Shown one piece after another: positions 45,761 to 46,581 of a DNA stretch of 46,581 nt. How positions within the stretch are numbered: the first letter of the stretch is position 1; every line of letters begins with the position of its first letter. The stretch comes from a virus. Lineage: Duplodnaviria > Caudoviricetes. The notes below the pieces were generated by a model, which did not search any database, was not told the origin of the DNA, and saw only the letters and a program-made list of their open reading frames with translations. The stretch lies in the IMG/VR virus record IMGVR_UViG_3300020045_005628, positions 1-46,581 of that record; one strand, given 5' to 3'. A program made the translations under genes and the position numbers.

Positions 45761-46012
45761 TTAAATTGTTGTTGCTTTTACTCGTATTTCTTCTAATTTT
45801 TCGAATATTTCTTTAAGTGATTCAAAAATATCATCACGATAATCATTTTCAGGATGCCAAGGATTTTCTGAAATATGATACAACGCTCTGTTTATTAATT
45901 GTAAAGAATCATAATAAATCCTAAAAACAGTATCAAAAGTCGGTTTTTTATTGGTTATTTCTTTTGAATAAAACTCAATTTTTTTATAGCATTCTTTTTT
46001 AGTAAATTCCAT
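45761..46012 (-). CDS. Hypothetical protein
   Basis: 83-aa ORF. Confidence 0.6.
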   Translation of the reverse strand: MEFTKKECYKKIEFYSKEITNKKPTFDTVFRIYYDSLQLINRALYHISENPWHPENDYRDDIFESLKEIFEKLEEIRVKATTI

Positions 46013-46014
46013 AG

Positions 46015-46176
46015 CTAAATTTTTATTTGTTTTTTAAATATCCACCAAACATAAGCGAAAATACCTGTAACCAACAAGCAAACCATTAAATCACTTTGTA
46101 TCGATACATCAGTTTCGTCTTGGCAATGTGGGTTTCTTGGCGGGCACGGTGCGTTTGGGTGTCGGCTAGTTGTCAT
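46015..46176 (-). CDS. 53-aa Pro/Cys-rich membrane-anchored protein, paralogue-like to 45127-45294
   Basis: MTTSRHPNAPCPPRNPHCQDETDVSIQSDLMVCLLVTGIFAYVWWIFKKQIKI. Confidence 0.55.
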   Translation of the reverse strand: MTTSRHPNAPCPPRNPHCQDETDVSIQSDLMVCLLVTGIFAYVWWIFKKQIKI

Positions 46177-46537
46177 TTTGTAGGGTGTTAATATCGATTG
46201 CTAATCCTTTTTTGATTAATCCGTGAATATCGAAATGCCATTCGTATAGTTTTTGAATATCTGAATATGAAATAGTTTCATGATAAACTACATTAGGAAC
46301 TTTACCTCCCGATACCCAATGGAGTATCTTTATCGGCACAAACTTTTCTCCATTAACCTCAATTTCTTTTGTAAGGTCGGATAGTGGACGTAGGATTGGT
46401 TTTCGTGTATTAATCATAAACTGAAATCCATCTACCCTTAATTCTCTTGTTAATGGTGAAACAAAATCATTATTTGATAACATTTTAAGTCCATAAGGCA
46501 AATACCCTACAATGTATTTTAATTCTAATTTTTCCAT
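46166..46537 (-). CDS. Conserved Bacteroidota-phage hypothetical protein
   Basis: YLPYGLK...KPILRPLSDL...HFDI.GLI..GLAID motif; start MEKLELK. Confidence 0.75.
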   Translation of the reverse strand: MEKLELKYIVGYLPYGLKMLSNNDFVSPLTRELRVDGFQFMINTRKPILRPLSDLTKEIEVNGEKFVPIKILHWVSGGKVPNVVYHETISYSDIQKLYEWHFDIHGLIKKGLAIDINTLQNDN

Positions 46538-46581
46538 TTTACGCAAAAGTTTTAAGTTCAGCCGGAGCAATTGATTTTCCA
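46461..46581. repeat. Terminal direct repeat (copy 2)
   Basis: Identical to 1-121. Confidence 0.95.

Noticed and set aside
2215-45796. Plus-strand ORFs in the six-frame track (e.g. 3796-4137, 22707-23027, 36428-36820, 38373-38690, 39386-39724)
   Set aside because: They are antisense shadows of well-supported minus-strand genes, with Ser/Phe/Leu-rich composition and no motifs
46461-46581. 121-bp terminal repeat as a biological DTR
   Set aside because: It is exact, cuts through coding sequence and has a k-mer-like length, so it is best explained as assembler overlap of a circular contig

Overview
The window is an apparently complete, circular ~46,460-bp genome of a tailed dsDNA phage. Bases 1-121 are repeated exactly at 46461-46581, which looks like an assembler overlap. 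The host is most likely Bacteroidota, probably Flavobacteriaceae. Evidence: low GC, TAnnTTTG -7 promoter elements, A-rich start contexts without Shine-Dalgarno sites, a DUF4494-like gene and Bacteroidota-style signal/sorting peptides. Every credible gene lies on the minus strand. In transcription order (high to low coordinate): HNH, terS, terL, portal, scaffold, major capsid, head/tail genes, tape measure, tail genes, a signal-peptide-bearing tail fibre, a lysis cassette (GH19 endolysin), then early/middle genes. The early/middle set includes DUF1351, RecT, MBL hydrolase, DUF1367, DUF4494, RNase H, a replication initiator, GIY-YIG, AP2, a DNA methylase and NinG. No integrase or CI-type repressor was recognised. 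The most notable candidate system is regulatory. Five or six early promoters carry a 19-bp Fur-box-like palindrome, five of them at a fixed 42-43 bp from the -7 element, and four of them also carry a full 13-bp operator overlapping the -7 element. The phage also encodes a truncated, DNA-binding-domain-only Fur homologue (24154-24408). Other oddities: a protein that looks like a patchwork of terminase and tape-measure motifs, a tRNA/tmRNA-like RNA without an anticodon arm, a repeated pseudoknot-like RNA motif, promoter-proximal terminators before key genes, PID-CTERM-like micro membrane proteins, and two small genes with single in-frame TAA codons. All function calls are by eye from motifs and synteny; no searches were run.
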